NCBI GenBank assembly: GCA_965153285.1
Contig: OZ229110.1
Strand: one strand, 5' to 3'
Length of the DNA stretch: 64,000 nucleotides
DNA from: Podarcis tiliguerta
Taxonomy: Eukaryota
Both the position numbers and the translations under genes were made by a program. Position 1 is the stretch's first letter; the number at the start of each line of letters is the position of its first letter. This document shows, in pieces, positions 63,523-64,000 of this stretch. The notes beneath the pieces were generated by a model. The model was given only the letters and a program-made list of their open reading frames with translations, was not told the origin of the DNA and made no database searches.

Positions 63523-63776
63523 CATGGGTAGGCAAATTAAGGCCCAGCGGCCAGATCCGGCCCAATCGCCTTCTAAATCCGGCCCACGCACAGTCTGGGA
63601 ATTAACGTGTTTTTAGATGAGTAGAATGTGTGCTTTTATTTAAAATGCATCTCTGGATTATTTGTAGGGCATAGGAATTTGTTCATTCCCCCCCCCCAAA
63701 AAAAATATAGTCCAGCCCCCACAAGGTCTGAGGGACAGTGGACAGGCCCCCTGCTGAAAAGGTTTGCTGACCCCTG
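63523..63776. mobile_element. hAT (Charlie-like) MITE
   Basis: Ends CATGGGTAGGCAAA/TTTGCTGACCCCTG with GGCCC subterminal repeats. TSD TCCAAACC/TCCAAATC. Confidence 0.88.
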
Positions 63777-64000
63777 TCCAAATCTAATGGGGCCATTGAA
63801 ATACCACACAAGCTACACATTGTACTGGGGATATCTAAGATTAGGGAACAGGGGCAGCACTTCCATTGCTGCTGCTACAACAACAGTGCCCTTATTCCAC
63901 TGAGATGCTAACCAGGGCTACTTAAACAAGATTTAAAGGACCATTTTTGCATGATACTAACAAGCATAGGTGCTGCATGTGACTGCAGTAAATGCAGAAA

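Larger units (their letters stand above)
16476..64000 (-). other. SLC8A3: 3' part of the long SLC8A3 intron between the large first coding exon and exon A
   Basis: No NCX transmembrane or CBD1 coding sequence was recognised here. SLC8A genes have a very long intron upstream of exons A/B. Confidence 0.75.

Overview
This is vertebrate genomic DNA from a squamate reptile. Sauria SINEs and lizard-type CR1, L2 and MITE families suggest a lacertid lizard, but the species is an inference. The whole window appears to lie inside one minus-strand gene, SLC8A3 (Na+/Ca2+ exchanger NCX3). Only its alternatively spliced CBD2 cassette is present: mutually exclusive exon A (16369-16475, 107 nt, KTIHIKVIDDEEYEKNKTFFIELMGPRMVDMSLQK), mutually exclusive exon B (12315-12418, 104 nt, KTVRVNIVDEEEYERQENFFIALGEPKWMERGIS) and 18-nt micro-exon C (3823-3840, ALLLTQ). 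Everything right of 16475 is the long intron after the large first coding exon, which I could not find in the window. The next constitutive exon appears to lie left of position 1. The introns hold many transposon remnants (Ty1/copia, CR1, L2, Sauria and other tRNA-derived SINEs, Tc1/mariner and hAT MITEs), microsatellites and several motif-dense unique blocks that may be enhancers. Nearly all ORFs in the supplied track are spurious or TE-derived. I found no evidence of a wholly new multi-gene system. The best leads are (1) a readable splicing code around the A/B/C cassette, including a branch point/QKI element and decoy 3' splice site just behind exon A, (2) NCX1-like Ca2+-ligand residues in exon A, (3) a MITE family built from iterated TIR modules, and (4) TE-derived AG|GTAAGT sites and dsRNA-forming inverted repeats in the long intron.
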